A stretch of DNA of 64,000 bases from an uncultured bacterium (GCA_964569245.1 CAZMTK010000005.1:4231-68230), one strand, 5' to 3'. Positions 19,407 to 29,755 are shown, counted from the first letter of the stretch. A program made the numbers and translations. Notes: generated by a model not told the origin, from the sequence alone.

Positions 19407-21091
19407 ACCCCGAACGCCTTCTCGGGGTACAGCCCGGCTTCTCTGAGAACGTCATGCCGCCTGATCTTTCTCGTGGTTGTCTTCGGCAGCTCCTCCTCCC
19501 TGACGATGAAGCTGTCGATGCGCTTGTAGCGAGGCTGGGAGGCGTTGAAGCGCCTCATCTCCCTCCTCATGCGCTCGACCACCGACTCCCTGGTCAGGAT
19601 CTCACCGGAGGCCTCGGCTTCGGCGATGAGCTTCTCCATGTCCGGGACGACGATGGCCCAGATCTCCTCCCCCTTGGTTTTCGACTCGCGTCCGAAGACC
19701 ATGCTCTCGAGCACGACCCCGGACCTGTTGAGCAGACACTCGATCTCCTCGGGGTAGACGTTCTTGCCGTTCTTCGCAACTATGACGTTCTTCCTCCTGC
19801 CGGTGATGAAGAGGTACCCGTCCCTGTCCAGGTACCCGTAGTCGCCGGTACGGAGCCGGCGGTCGGCCGACAGGACCTTCGAGGTCTCCTCAGGATCGTT
19901 GTGGTATCCCAGCATGACGTTGGGCCCTCTTACCACGATCTCGCCCATGCCCTCCTCGTCGGGCTCGTCTATTCGCACCTCCATCTCGGGAAGAGGCAAA
20001 CCGACGGAGCCGACCCGGTTGGCACCCACCCGGTTGACGGAGACGAGCGGAGCCGCTTCGGTGAGGCCGTAGCCCTGGAGGAAGGTGAACCCCAGGCTGA
20101 CGAAACCCTTCACCACATCCGGATCTATGCCGGCTCCGCCGGAGATCATCAGCCTGATGCGTCCGCCGAGCCTTGCATGGACCGGAGCGAAGATGCTCTT
20201 CCTCGCACCGTCGCCCGCAAGCACATGCACGGCAGCTGCGAGCGCCTTTCCGAATCCCAGCTTCAGCCGCCCTCCGGGGGCGGATCGGATTCCTTCCATC
20301 ATCCTCCTGTACATCGCCTCCCACAAGAGGGGCACGGCGAGCACGATGGTCGCACCCGAGGCGGCGATGTCCTCGGCAACGTATCTCAGCCCCCGGCAGA
20401 TGTGGTAGGTCGCCCCGGAGCTGATCGCGCCAAGGAAGCCGCAGGTGCACTCGTAGGTATGGTGCATCGGAAGAACCGAAAGGAAGACGTCTGCGGCATC
20501 CATGCGCACCATCTGGAGCATTCCGCGCACGACGGCGAGCAGATTGGCCTGGGAGAGCACCACACCCCTTGCCTGACCCATGGTTCCCGAGGTGTAGTAG
20601 ATGGCCGCCGGCGCCCCCAGGTCCGGGGTGTCGGGCAGTTCGACTCGCAGAGCCCTCCCGTGATCGAGCAGATACCGGTATGACAGGCAGCCCGGCGCCG
20701 GGTCTCCGTTCATCACGACCATCCTCGGAGAGACGTGGAGCCCCGGAGAGAGGAAGTCGCCGAGATGGCCGGAATCGAGAAAGACTGCGCCGGCGCCCGA
20801 GTAGTGCAGTATCGTCCTCATCTCCTGGACCGGGATCTCCCGGTCTATCGGCACGACGACGCCTCCTGCGCGCATGACGGCGAGATACGCAGTGGCCCAG
20901 GCGATGCTGTTCCTTCCGACCACGCCTACGATGGGTCTCCCGCCCCATTCGCTCATGGCGCCGGCGAGGGCCTCAGTATCGGAATGCAGGTCCCGGTAGG
21001 TGATCTCGCGGAGACCGCCGTCGGCTGCCGGCTCCCTGATGGCGACGGAGTCAGGATGCTCGCCGGCCGTCATGCGGAGCATTCCCGGCAC
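19403..21091 (-). CDS. Long-chain acyl-CoA synthetase (AMP-dependent synthetase/ligase)
   Basis: 'YTSGTMGQARG' AMP-binding motif, 'GYGLTE' and 'TGDYGYLDRDGYLFITGR' motifs; start overlaps the GT39 start region (ATGA). Confidence 0.8.
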   Translation of the reverse strand: MPGMLRMTAGEHPDSVAIREPAADGGLREITYRDLHSDTEALAGAMSEWGGRPIVGVVGRNSIAWATAYLAVMRAGGVVVPIDREIPVQEMRTILHYSGAGAVFLDSGHLGDFLSPGLHVSPRMVVMNGDPAPGCLSYRYLLDHGRALRVELPDTPDLGAPAAIYYTSGTMGQARGVVLSQANLLAVVRGMLQMVRMDAADVFLSVLPMHHTYECTCGFLGAISSGATYHICRGLRYVAEDIAASGATIVLAVPLLWEAMYRRMMEGIRSAPGGRLKLGFGKALAAAVHVLAGDGARKSIFAPVHARLGGRIRLMISGGAGIDPDVVKGFVSLGFTFLQGYGLTEAAPLVSVNRVGANRVGSVGLPLPEMEVRIDEPDEEGMGEIVVRGPNVMLGYHNDPEETSKVLSADRRLRTGDYGYLDRDGYLFITGRRKNVIVAKNGKNVYPEEIECLLNRSGVVLESMVFGRESKTKGEEIWAIVVPDMEKLIAEAEASGEILTRESVVERMRREMRRFNASQPRYKRIDSFIVREEELPKTTTRKIRRHDVLREAGLYPEKAFGV

Positions 21092-21251
21092 GCTGGGAAA
21101 GTCCCTCGCCGGGAACAGGGGCCCGCCGGGAATGCGCCTGGCCAGGGTTACCTGTCCTTCCCGCCGAGCCAGGCGACATCAGCGGCGCCTCTCGAACAGG
21201 GGGCCGCCTCTGACGCCCTCGCGGGCGATCCACCGGCTTCCGGCCGTGAGC

Positions 21252-22556
21252 TCACGGCCCCGATGGCTCCGGAAGTCTGTCCGCCGCGACCCTGAATCCG
21301 GCGAAGGGGTATCCCAGGTTCGCGCTGACCCCCAGCCTCGAGAAGCAGGAGCAGTCGTCCGCCGACGAGAGCCAGCTTCCTCCCCTCAGGCACTTGAGCG
21401 TGTCCCCTTCGCCGGCGGGGCTCCCCGCTCCTCCGGCCCAGTCGGCGCACCACTCCCATACGTTGCCTGACATGTCGTAGAGCCCCCAGGGATTCGGCGG
21501 GAAGGACCCGACCGGCGACGTCTCGGCGAAGCCGTCGTCGAGAAGGGGCTCTCGGCACGCAATGGCTTCGCTCCTGTCGGAGCAGTTTAGCAGGCTCCCC
21601 GAGGGCTCGGAGCTCCCCCAGGGCCACATCCTGCCGTCGCCCGCGGTGGCGGCCCGCTCCCATTCGGCCTCTGTAGGAAGGCGGTAGGCGAAGGAGCAGT
21701 CCCCGGCGGAGGAGAGCCAGTCGCAGAAAGCTGCGCATGCCCCCCAGGACACTCCCCGCACCGGATGTGTCTCGAGGCCCTCCCTCACCGCGAAGCCCTC
21801 CGGCAGGACCTCGATTTCGAGAGGATAGTCGCATCTGAACATGGATCGGAGGAGCTCAGCACGGAGTCCGGCCCCGGAGCTGTCGTGAGGAATGGCGGAG
21901 TCGGCGCAGTTGAGGAATGCGCAGAACGTGGCGTTGGTCACCTCGCAGGGCGCAATGTAGTAGCCGTCAAGGGAGACCTGCCGCCTCAGCGTCTGGTCGT
22001 CGGAGCCGGACGCGAAGTCGTGAGTGCCGGGCGGGATGAACACGAGCCCCTGCGGCGTTCGCGAGGGGAACTCGAAATGGACGGCCCTGGGCCTGTTGGA
22101 AGCCAGCACGATCGTGTCACGGACTGACAGCGAGTCGGCGGACAGGGCTTCCAGGACGTGACGGCCCGGGCGGTCGAACCGCAGCGTCACCGGCGTCGTT
22201 CCGGACATCTCGCCGTCGGCCAGAACCAGCGCGCCCGGCGGAGTCGAGGTCACCTCGACCTCGAAGATGTAGCTGAGTGTTACGACCATGCCGGAGTCGC
22301 GCAGCGTGACCGTGGTGTCCTCGCTGGCGTAGCCTTCCAGACTCACGGTGATGTCCGTTCCACTCCTCACTACCGGAACCTCGGCCGGCGAGGTGAAGAC
22401 AAGCCCGTTCGACAGCCTGACGGCTGCCCCCGACGGCACTGTCCTCACTGTGACGAAGCCGACGGCACACTCCGGAACCAGCAGCGCCGCGAGGGCCATG
22501 CCGCATACGGCAAGCTCGATCGCGAGAACCAGGCTGGAATCCCTCCGGCTGCTCAT
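21252..22556 (-). CDS. PEGA-domain / formylglycine-generating-enzyme (SUMF1/EgtB/PvdO) family protein
   Basis: N-terminal TM followed by a PEGA-like 'TVRTVPSGAAVRLSNG' region; C-terminal FGE-sulfatase motifs 'GLYDMSGNVWEWCADW', 'RGGSWLSS' and 'GFRVAADR'. Confidence 0.7.
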   Translation of the reverse strand: MSSRRDSSLVLAIELAVCGMALAALLVPECAVGFVTVRTVPSGAAVRLSNGLVFTSPAEVPVVRSGTDITVSLEGYASEDTTVTLRDSGMVVTLSYIFEVEVTSTPPGALVLADGEMSGTTPVTLRFDRPGRHVLEALSADSLSVRDTIVLASNRPRAVHFEFPSRTPQGLVFIPPGTHDFASGSDDQTLRRQVSLDGYYIAPCEVTNATFCAFLNCADSAIPHDSSGAGLRAELLRSMFRCDYPLEIEVLPEGFAVREGLETHPVRGVSWGACAAFCDWLSSAGDCSFAYRLPTEAEWERAATAGDGRMWPWGSSEPSGSLLNCSDRSEAIACREPLLDDGFAETSPVGSFPPNPWGLYDMSGNVWEWCADWAGGAGSPAGEGDTLKCLRGGSWLSSADDCSCFSRLGVSANLGYPFAGFRVAADRLPEPSGP

Positions 22557-22563
22557 CCAGTCC

Positions 22564-23967
22564 TCAATCCGACCACCTGTTGGAGAGCACGGCGGAGATG
22601 TCCGCGAACAGCTGGCCCGTTCGGAGGTCTCGAACCAGCCGTCGGGCGACGTAAGAGGGTCTGAAGTAGAACTCCCTGTGGAAGGCAGTATAGTACTTCT
22701 GGATAACCGGCCACGAGAGGTTCTCGTGCCTCCAGACCTCGCTGGTGCAGTGGAAGTTGTACCTGTCCCAGTCCTCCGACAGTATCCTGCCCTCGCTCCT
22801 CGCGAGCCTGTACAGGGCGGACGACGGGAAGGGAAGGGTCATCGAGGCCTTGGCGTAGGTCAGTGGAAGGCTCTTCGCGAACTCGATGGTCGCCCGCATG
22901 GTCTCCTCGGTCTCGCCGGGGAGGCCCATCATGAAGAAGCCGACCGTCTCCAGCCCGGACCTGTGCGCCATCGCCACTGCGTTCCTGACGACCTCGGTCG
23001 TCTGTTTCTTGTTGACCCTGGCGAGTATCTCGTCGACCCCGCTCTCGATCCCGAAGGCGACCTGGTAGCACCCGGCCTTCTTCGCGATGTCGAAGAACTC
23101 CTGGTCCACGTCGTGCACGTTCACGCCCGTAGGAAGGGCCCAGGGAGAAGAGAAGCCCCTCCTCACCAGCAGCCTGCAGACGTCCTTCGCCCTTTGGATA
23201 TCAGCAGTGAAGTTGTTGTCCTTTATATGGATGTCGCGGAAGCCCATCGCGATCATGCGCTCCATCTCCGAGACGACGCGCTCGGGCGACTTGGAGCGGA
23301 CAGCATGTCCGAACACGTTCTGGCTGCAGTAGAGGCAATGGTGGTTGCAGCCCCTGTTGGTCTCCATGTAGCCGACCGGGTTCCTGCGCGAGGCGATGTG
23401 GGGCGCCCTGTAGTACCTGAGGTCGTGGAGCTGCCATGCCGGAAGCGGCAGGTCGTCGAGGTTTTCTATCAGCTTCCTCGGCCGGGTTCTGACCACGCCG
23501 CCGGCGGAGTCGAGGAAGGCGATTCCGTCGATGGAGGCAGGCTCCCTGCCGGAGCATATCTCTACTATGGTCCGCTCCCCCTCTCCAAGGACGACCATGT
23601 CGAATTCGCCGCTGGCGAGAACCTCCTCTGGAAGGGTCGTGGCATGGACTCCGCCCGCTATCGTCACCACGCCCGGCAGCTCCTGCCGGGCCGCCGCCGC
23701 GAGGGTGCGGGCTTCGCTCCAGAGCGGGGTGGTGAAGGTTATTCCGACGAAATCGGGCCTGAGATCCCTCAGTCTCCGCCTGTAGGCTTCTAGAGGGCGG
23801 CCCTCGATCATCAGGTCGGCTATCTCCACTTCGTGGCCGCCCTCCAGCAGGGCTCCGGCGAGGCTGGCCAGCGTGATGAACGGAGCCGACGTGATGGCCA
23901 CCCTTATTCGGCTTCTGTCATAGACGCCTATCGCCGATGGAGGGTTGACGAGGAGGGTTCTGCTCAT
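22564..23967 (-). CDS. B12-binding-domain radical SAM protein (class B)
   Basis: N-terminal cobalamin-binding Rossmann-like region followed by a 'NRGCNHHCLYCSQ' CX3CX2C motif; 467 aa. Confidence 0.75.
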   Translation of the reverse strand: MSRTLLVNPPSAIGVYDRSRIRVAITSAPFITLASLAGALLEGGHEVEIADLMIEGRPLEAYRRRLRDLRPDFVGITFTTPLWSEARTLAAAARQELPGVVTIAGGVHATTLPEEVLASGEFDMVVLGEGERTIVEICSGREPASIDGIAFLDSAGGVVRTRPRKLIENLDDLPLPAWQLHDLRYYRAPHIASRRNPVGYMETNRGCNHHCLYCSQNVFGHAVRSKSPERVVSEMERMIAMGFRDIHIKDNNFTADIQRAKDVCRLLVRRGFSSPWALPTGVNVHDVDQEFFDIAKKAGCYQVAFGIESGVDEILARVNKKQTTEVVRNAVAMAHRSGLETVGFFMMGLPGETEETMRATIEFAKSLPLTYAKASMTLPFPSSALYRLARSEGRILSEDWDRYNFHCTSEVWRHENLSWPVIQKYYTAFHREFYFRPSYVARRLVRDLRTGQLFADISAVLSNRWSD

Positions 23968-24031
23968 CCCCTGCCCCGGTCAATCCGGCAGGAGCGCATG
24001 CGTCCCTCTCCCAGGCGGCCCGTGGCCGGCG

Positions 24032-24979
24032 TCATGTCCTCGGGAGGCCGGGGTAGACGAACCACGAGCGGGCCTCGCGGACAGTCGGGGAGACATCGCG
24101 CGGAGGCTCTTCCAGGCCGCCTGAGTGCTCCCCGGATAGACCTTCTAGCAAGGCGGTGCGCTTCCTGGACGAATCGCGCCCTGCGCCGCGACAAGGTCCC
24201 GCACCGTCCCTTCCCAGGACGAAGCCTGCGCAGAGAAGGGCGAGGCAGACCGTCAGCATGGGCGACTCCTCTGGGCCGAAGCCGCCCCACGGAAGACTCC
24301 GCGATGGCTCGAAGAGGCTGGGCAGCTCGAGGCCGCTCACGTTCAGTCCCAGTACGATTCCGGTGACGGAGTTCCACAGCCAGTGCAGGATGGTCGGAGC
24401 GGCGAGCCCTCCCGTGCGGACTCTCAGCATGGAGAGCAGCACCCCGAACAGGAATATGTTGATCGTCGAGAGCAGCCCGGCCGACGGGTTGTCCATGTGG
24501 ACGAAGGCGAACAGCACGGCCGACGTGCCGATTCCGGGCAGCTTCATGCCGCGGAAGGAGAAGAGGTCCTGAAGGAACCCCCTGAACTGGATCTCCTCGG
24601 CCAGCGCGGCGAGCAGCAGCGCTCCGGCCCAGAACGCAGTCTCACGGCTCGGGAAGGGTCCTGTGAGTCCGCTGGCCGCGGATGCGAGGACGAAGGGCAG
24701 CAGCACTGCGCCGGAGCACAATACAAGGAGTCCGGCCCTCCTGAAGCCCGCCCTGCCAGACGACGGCTCCAGCATGAGCCACGCGGGAACTAGCAACGCC
24801 GCAAGGGATATCGAGCGCAGCCAGAACCAGTGGAAGGGCAGGTCCTCCGGCAGGGCCAGCGAGAGCAGATGGAATCCCGCATAGACCGACCCGGCCGCGA
24901 CTGCCGCCGCCAGAATCCGCATCACGAACTCGGGAAGGGGCTTCAGCACAGAGGGTCCGACAGGGAGCAGCTTCATCAT
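24032..24979 (-). CDS. CPBP-family (CAAX) intramembrane metalloprotease
   Basis: 'EEIQFRGFL' (EExxxR) and 'FAFVHMDN' (FxxxH) motifs; start taken at MMKLLPVGP (ATGA overlap with the tpiA stop); the C-terminal tail is low-complexity. Confidence 0.65.
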   Translation of the reverse strand: MMKLLPVGPSVLKPLPEFVMRILAAAVAAGSVYAGFHLLSLALPEDLPFHWFWLRSISLAALLVPAWLMLEPSSGRAGFRRAGLLVLCSGAVLLPFVLASAASGLTGPFPSRETAFWAGALLLAALAEEIQFRGFLQDLFSFRGMKLPGIGTSAVLFAFVHMDNPSAGLLSTINIFLFGVLLSMLRVRTGGLAAPTILHWLWNSVTGIVLGLNVSGLELPSLFEPSRSLPWGGFGPEESPMLTVCLALLCAGFVLGRDGAGPCRGAGRDSSRKRTALLEGLSGEHSGGLEEPPRDVSPTVREARSWFVYPGLPRT

Positions 24980-25734
24980 TCCCGCTTCCAGGCCGTCACT
25001 ATTCCGTGGAAGTCCGACGGGTTCAGGCTCGCCCCCCCTACCAGAGCGCCGTCCACGCAAGGCATCGCCAGAATCCCGGCTGCATTGGAGGGCTTCACGC
25101 TTCCGCCGTAGATGACCCTCACGTCCCCGGCCGTCCCGGCTCCCAGCTCTTCTTCGAGCACCCCCCTTACGAAACCGTGCATGGCCGAGGCTTCCTCCGG
25201 AGAGGCGTTCCTGCCCGTTCCGATGGCCCAGACCGGCTCGTAGGCTATCACGAGACTCTCGGGGCGAAGCACACCGAGGCCCTTCAACGCCGAGGAGATC
25301 TGCCTCCTGACGACCTGCTCCGCGATGCCCTGCTCCCTCTCCTCCAGCTTCTCGCCTACGCAGAGCACGGCGCAGAGGCCCGCTCCCAGGGCTGCGCCGA
25401 GCTTGCGCGCTACCAGGGAGTCGTCCTCTCCAATGAGGTGCCTGCGCTCGCTGTGCCCCACCAGAACGCAGGAGCAGCCGGCCTCGATCAGCATGCCCGC
25501 GCTTATCTCGCCCGTGAAGGCGCCCGAGGGCTCCGGATGCAGGTCCTGCGCCCCCAGCTCCAGTCCGGCCTCGCGCGCATCCTCCGCGAGGACTGCGAGC
25601 AGTGTGAAGGGCGGGAACAGCACGACTCTGGCGTCGGTGTCACGCTTCTCCAGCTCCTTCCAGAACTGGAGCCATGCGAGACCCTCCAGGCCGGAGCCGT
25701 TCATCTTCCAGTTGGCGCCGAAGAAGGGCTTCAT
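24976..25734 (-). CDS. tpiA: Triosephosphate isomerase
   Basis: 'MKPFFGANWKMNG', 'GHSERR', 'IAYEPVWAIGTG' and 'YGGSV' motifs; 252 aa; ATGA overlap with pgk. Confidence 0.9.
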   Translation of the reverse strand: MKPFFGANWKMNGSGLEGLAWLQFWKELEKRDTDARVVLFPPFTLLAVLAEDAREAGLELGAQDLHPEPSGAFTGEISAGMLIEAGCSCVLVGHSERRHLIGEDDSLVARKLGAALGAGLCAVLCVGEKLEEREQGIAEQVVRRQISSALKGLGVLRPESLVIAYEPVWAIGTGRNASPEEASAMHGFVRGVLEEELGAGTAGDVRVIYGGSVKPSNAAGILAMPCVDGALVGGASLNPSDFHGIVTAWKRE

Positions 25735-26930
25735 CCCCCGCCGCCCAGCAGCGCCTTCAGGGCGGGGAGCTGCCTGCCCTGCAGGAGCTCGAGCGAAACT
25801 CCGCCGCCTGTGGAGACGAAGCTGACGCTCTCGGCGGCACCAGCCTCGGAGACGGCCCTGGCCGAGTCTCCGCCGCCTACTATCGTGACGGCGCCCCTGC
25901 CAGTGGCTTTCGCAAGGCTGGAAGCGACAGCCCTTGTGGCTCGGTCGAAGGGCTTCTTCTCGAACAGACCCATCGGGCCGTTCCAAACCACCGTGCCGCT
26001 CTTCGATATCACGCCGTCGAAGAGCTTCACGGTGGCGTCGCCGATGTCGAGCCCCATCATGCCGGGCGGGATCGCACCGGCTTCCACGGTGACGGCCGAG
26101 CCTCCCTCGTCGGGAGAAGGAGCCACGACCACGTCCACGGGCAGGAGAAGGCGCACCCCGGCTTTCTCCGCCTTTTCCATGATCGCCGCGGCGACCGGCA
26201 CGCGCTCGGCCTCCACCAGGCTCCTGCCCGTCTCCATCCCGCGGGCCTTCATGAAGGTGAACGCCATTGCACCGCCTATCAGAACGTTCGCGGTCCTGTC
26301 GAGGAGGTTCTCGATCACGGGCACCTTGTCCGAGACCTTGGCCCCTCCGAGAACCAGCGTCATGGGCTGCCTGGGGTCGGATACGGCGCCGAGCAGGAAG
26401 TCGAGCTCCCTCTCCACGAGATGACCCACGTAGCCCCCTCCCAGCACCTGAGGTATCCCTGTCATCGAGGCATGGGCCCTGTGGCACGTTCCGAAGGCAT
26501 CGTTCACATAGACTTCGGCCAGGGAGGCGAGCTGCTTCGCGAATACCATGTCGCCCTCCTCCTCGCCGGGATGGAACCTCAGATTCTCGAGCAGGAGGAC
26601 GTCGCCGGGACTGAGCGCTGCAGCCATCGTCTCCACGCGCTTCCCCACGCAGTCAGGCGCAAGGATCACCGGGGAGCCCAGGAGCTCCTGCAGCCTCCTT
26701 GCGACGGGGGCGAGGCTGTACTCCGGAAGCGGCTTCCCGTCGGGTCTGCCGAGATGGCTCGCGACGACGACCGATGCGCCCCTCGACAGGATGTCCCTGA
26801 GCGTGGGAAGCACGGCGGTGATCCTCGTGTCGTCGGCCACCTCGCCGTTCGCGAGGGGGACGTTCAGGTCGGCGCGCAGGAAGACCCGCCTGCCCTCGAG
26901 GCGGGCGTCGCGAAGGGAGGGGTACTTCAC
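25731..26930 (-). CDS. pgk: Phosphoglycerate kinase
   Basis: 'RADLNVPL', 'ASHLGRP' and 'GGGDS' motifs; GTG start (VKYPSLRD...) overlaps the gap stop (GTGA). Confidence 0.9.
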   Translation of the reverse strand: MKYPSLRDARLEGRRVFLRADLNVPLANGEVADDTRITAVLPTLRDILSRGASVVVASHLGRPDGKPLPEYSLAPVARRLQELLGSPVILAPDCVGKRVETMAAALSPGDVLLLENLRFHPGEEEGDMVFAKQLASLAEVYVNDAFGTCHRAHASMTGIPQVLGGGYVGHLVERELDFLLGAVSDPRQPMTLVLGGAKVSDKVPVIENLLDRTANVLIGGAMAFTFMKARGMETGRSLVEAERVPVAAAIMEKAEKAGVRLLLPVDVVVAPSPDEGGSAVTVEAGAIPPGMMGLDIGDATVKLFDGVISKSGTVVWNGPMGLFEKKPFDRATRAVASSLAKATGRGAVTIVGGGDSARAVSEAGAAESVSFVSTGGGVSLELLQGRQLPALKALLGGGG

Positions 26931-27937
26931 AGCCCCACCTCGCCCATGTGCCGTATCATGTCCACCATCCGGCAGCTGTATCCCCATTCGTTGTCGTACC
27001 ACGACACGATCTTCACCGTTCTGGAGCCGACGACCCTCGTGTACTCCGAGTCGAAGATCGAGCTGGCGGGATTGCCCACGATGTCGCTGGAGACGAGGGG
27101 CTCCGTGCTGTACACGAGGATGCCGGCCAGGGGGCCTTCCGCTGCGGCCTTCATCGCCGCGTTCACGGACTCGACTGTTGCGTCGGATGAGAGCAGGCAC
27201 GTCAGATCGACAAGGGAGCCGTCCGCCACCGGCACCCTCACCGCGAAGCCGTCGAGCCTGCCCTTGAGCTCCGGTATCACCTCACCGATCGCACTTGCGG
27301 CGCCGGTGGTGGTGGGGATGATGTTGAGGGCCGCCGTGCGTGCCCTCCTCATGTCCTTGTGAGGCAGGTCGAGCACGCGCTGGTCGTTGGTGTAGGCGTG
27401 GATCGTGGTCATGATGCCGCTCTCTATCCCGAAAGCGTCGTTCAGCACCTTGGCGACGGGGGCGAGGCAGTTCGTGGTGCAGCTCGCCGTTGACAGCACC
27501 GTGTGAGCCCCGGGGTCGTACTTCGAGTCGTTGACGCCCATCACTATGGTCAGATCGGCCCCCTTGCAGGGCGCGCTCACGAGAACCTTGCGAGCCCCAG
27601 CCTGGAGGTGCGCCGAGGCCTTGTCCCTGGTCGTGAAAAGACCCGTGGACTCGATCACGACCTCCACTCCCAGATCCTTCCAGGGAAGGGCGGCGGGATC
27701 CTTGACCGCGAGGACCCTGAAGCTGTCGGAACCCGCTCTGATCGTGTCGCCCTCGACGACGATCTCGCCGGGGAACCTGCGGTGCATGGTGTCGTACTTG
27801 AGGAGGTGGGCCAGCGTCGCGGCGTCGGTGATGTCGTTCACCGCCACAACATCGATCCCCCGGGTCTCTGCCGCACGCCTGTAGACGAGCCTGCCGATCC
27901 TGCCGAATCCGTTGATGCCAACTCTCATTCCATCCAC
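26927..27937 (-). CDS. gap: Glyceraldehyde-3-phosphate dehydrogenase
   Basis: 'INGFGRIGR', 'ASCTTNCLAP' and 'WYDNEWGYS' motifs. Confidence 0.9.
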   Translation of the reverse strand: MDGMRVGINGFGRIGRLVYRRAAETRGIDVVAVNDITDAATLAHLLKYDTMHRRFPGEIVVEGDTIRAGSDSFRVLAVKDPAALPWKDLGVEVVIESTGLFTTRDKASAHLQAGARKVLVSAPCKGADLTIVMGVNDSKYDPGAHTVLSTASCTTNCLAPVAKVLNDAFGIESGIMTTIHAYTNDQRVLDLPHKDMRRARTAALNIIPTTTGAASAIGEVIPELKGRLDGFAVRVPVADGSLVDLTCLLSSDATVESVNAAMKAAAEGPLAGILVYSTEPLVSSDIVGNPASSIFDSEYTRVVGSRTVKIVSWYDNEWGYSCRMVDMIRHMGEVGL

Positions 27938-27942
27938 CCCCG

Positions 27943-28980
27943 CTATCCGAAGAAGAGTTTCGCTACGTCGTAGCGCTCGACAGGCACGGTCTTGAGCCTG
28001 CCGACGGCCTCGGCGAGGTCAACCGGGACCACCTCGCCGCCCTGCAGGGAAACCATCATGCCCGAGAGGCCCTGCTCCGCCATCTCGACAACCTTCACTC
28101 CGAGCCTGGTGCCCAGCACCCTGTCGAAGGCGCTGGGGGGGCCGCCCCTCTGGAGGTGTCCGAGGACGACGTGGCGGGTCTCCAGCCTGGTCCGGTCCTC
28201 GATCTCCCTGGCGAGCACCTCGCCGACCCCGATGCCGGTCCCGAGCTGGACGTGGCCGAAGGCGTCGGTGTGCTCGGCGTGCATCACGTGCTTCTGGAGC
28301 TCCTCGTCCTGCGCGCCCTCCGCGACGGCCACTATCGCCCAGCGCCTGCCCTCGTCCCACCGCTTCCTGAGGATCGAGCAGACCGAGTCGGTGTCGAAGG
28401 GCACTTCGGGAATGAGTATGACGTGAGCTCCTCCGGCGATTCCGCCGTGGAGAGCCATCCATCCGGCATGACGACCCATTATCTCGACCACCATGACCCT
28501 CTCGTGGCTCCTGGCCGTCGTGGCGAGGTCGTCCAGTGCCTGCGCAACGATGTTGATGGCGGTGTCGAAGCCGAAGGTGTAGTCGGTCGCGTCGAGGTCG
28601 TTGTCTATGGTCTTGGGCACTCCGAGCACCCTGTGCCCGGCCTGGGCCAGCCTGCTCGCCACTCCGAGCGTGTCCTCTCCGCCCACGGCTACGAGGCAGT
28701 CTATCGAGTTGGTCCTCAGGGTCTCCGCAATCCTCTCGAAGCCCCTCTCGACCTTCGCCGGGTTCGTCCGCGATGAGAGGAGAATCGTGCCGCCCTCCCT
28801 CTGGATGTCCCTGACGTCCTCGATCCCCAGGGGGCGGACGGCGTTCTCGATCGCTCCCTTCCAGCCTCTGAGGAAGCCCGTGACCTCGTGACCTCCCGCA
28901 GAGGCCCTGTAGACAACCGCGCGGATCACTGCGTTGAGACCGGGGGCGTCGCCCCCTCCAGTCAGGATGCCGAGACGCAC
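27943..28980 (-). CDS. pfkA: 6-phosphofructokinase (ATP- or PPi-dependent)
   Basis: 'GGDAPGLNA', 'GGEDTL', 'PKTIDNDL' and 'MGRHAG' motifs. Confidence 0.85.
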   Translation of the reverse strand: MRLGILTGGGDAPGLNAVIRAVVYRASAGGHEVTGFLRGWKGAIENAVRPLGIEDVRDIQREGGTILLSSRTNPAKVERGFERIAETLRTNSIDCLVAVGGEDTLGVASRLAQAGHRVLGVPKTIDNDLDATDYTFGFDTAINIVAQALDDLATTARSHERVMVVEIMGRHAGWMALHGGIAGGAHVILIPEVPFDTDSVCSILRKRWDEGRRWAIVAVAEGAQDEELQKHVMHAEHTDAFGHVQLGTGIGVGEVLAREIEDRTRLETRHVVLGHLQRGGPPSAFDRVLGTRLGVKVVEMAEQGLSGMMVSLQGGEVVPVDLAEAVGRLKTVPVERYDVAKLFFG

Positions 28981-28996
28981 TTCCCTGCCCTCCAGT

Positions 28997-29755
28997 TCAC
29001 GCCCTTGCCGAGGCGGCCGCCTTCAGCTTCCGGGCCAGTTCTGCGAACTCCTCGAACCCGAGCGACTGATCCCCGTCCGAGCGCGCCCTCACGGGATCCG
29101 GATGGATCTCCAGCATCACTCCGTCCGCCCCGGCGGCGATCGCGGCGAGAGCGAGCGGGGCGACCAGGTCGCGCCTGCCTGCCGCATGGCACGGATCCCC
29201 TATCACGGGATGCCCCGTCTTCATCCTCGCCAGCGGAATGGCGGACACGTCGAAGGTGTTCCTCGTCCAGTGCTCGAAGGTCCTGATGCCTCGCTCGCAC
29301 AGCACCACGTCCTCGTTGCCCTCGTGCGTGACGTATTCCGCGGCCAGGATCCATTCCTCCACTGTGGCCATGAACCCCCTCTTGAGGAGGACCGGGACCC
29401 CGGCGCGCCCCAGTTCGGTGAGGAGGGGAAAGTTGTGCATGTTCCTCGCCCCGACCTGGATCATGTCCACATGGCGCATCGCCGTCTCGATCTGGTCAAC
29501 GGCCAGCACCTCGGAGACGACCGGCAGCCCCGTCTCGGCCCTGGCCTCGGACAGGATCCTGAGCCCCTCGGCGCCGAGCCCCTGGAAGGAATGAGGCGAG
29601 GTGCGGGGCTTGAAAGCTCCGCCGCGTAGCATCGCCGCTCCGGCCTCCCTGGCCGCCCTGGCGCACGCCAGCATCATGTCGATGCCCTCCACGGAGCATG
29701 GCCCGGCGATCAGGAGCGGCGCTCCCGACCCGAATACGGCGCTTCCGACGGTCAC
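28997..29755 (-). CDS. 3-deoxy-7-phosphoheptulonate (DAHP) synthase, class I-beta core (KDO8PS-like fold)
   Basis: 'LLIAGPCSVEG', 'KPRTSP' and 'IGARNMHNF' motifs; GTG start; no fused N-terminal regulatory domain in this ORF. Confidence 0.8.
   Translation of the reverse strand: MTVGSAVFGSGAPLLIAGPCSVEGIDMMLACARAAREAGAAMLRGGAFKPRTSPHSFQGLGAEGLRILSEARAETGLPVVSEVLAVDQIETAMRHVDMIQVGARNMHNFPLLTELGRAGVPVLLKRGFMATVEEWILAAEYVTHEGNEDVVLCERGIRTFEHWTRNTFDVSAIPLARMKTGHPVIGDPCHAAGRRDLVAPLALAAIAAGADGVMLEIHPDPVRARSDGDQSLGFEEFAELARKLKAAASARA

Noticed and set aside
24976-26487. The 503-aa ORF 24976..26487 taken as one protein
   Set aside because: Only the C-terminal 252 aa is triosephosphate isomerase. The N-terminal extension is out-of-context Arg-rich sequence that overlaps pgk in another frame.
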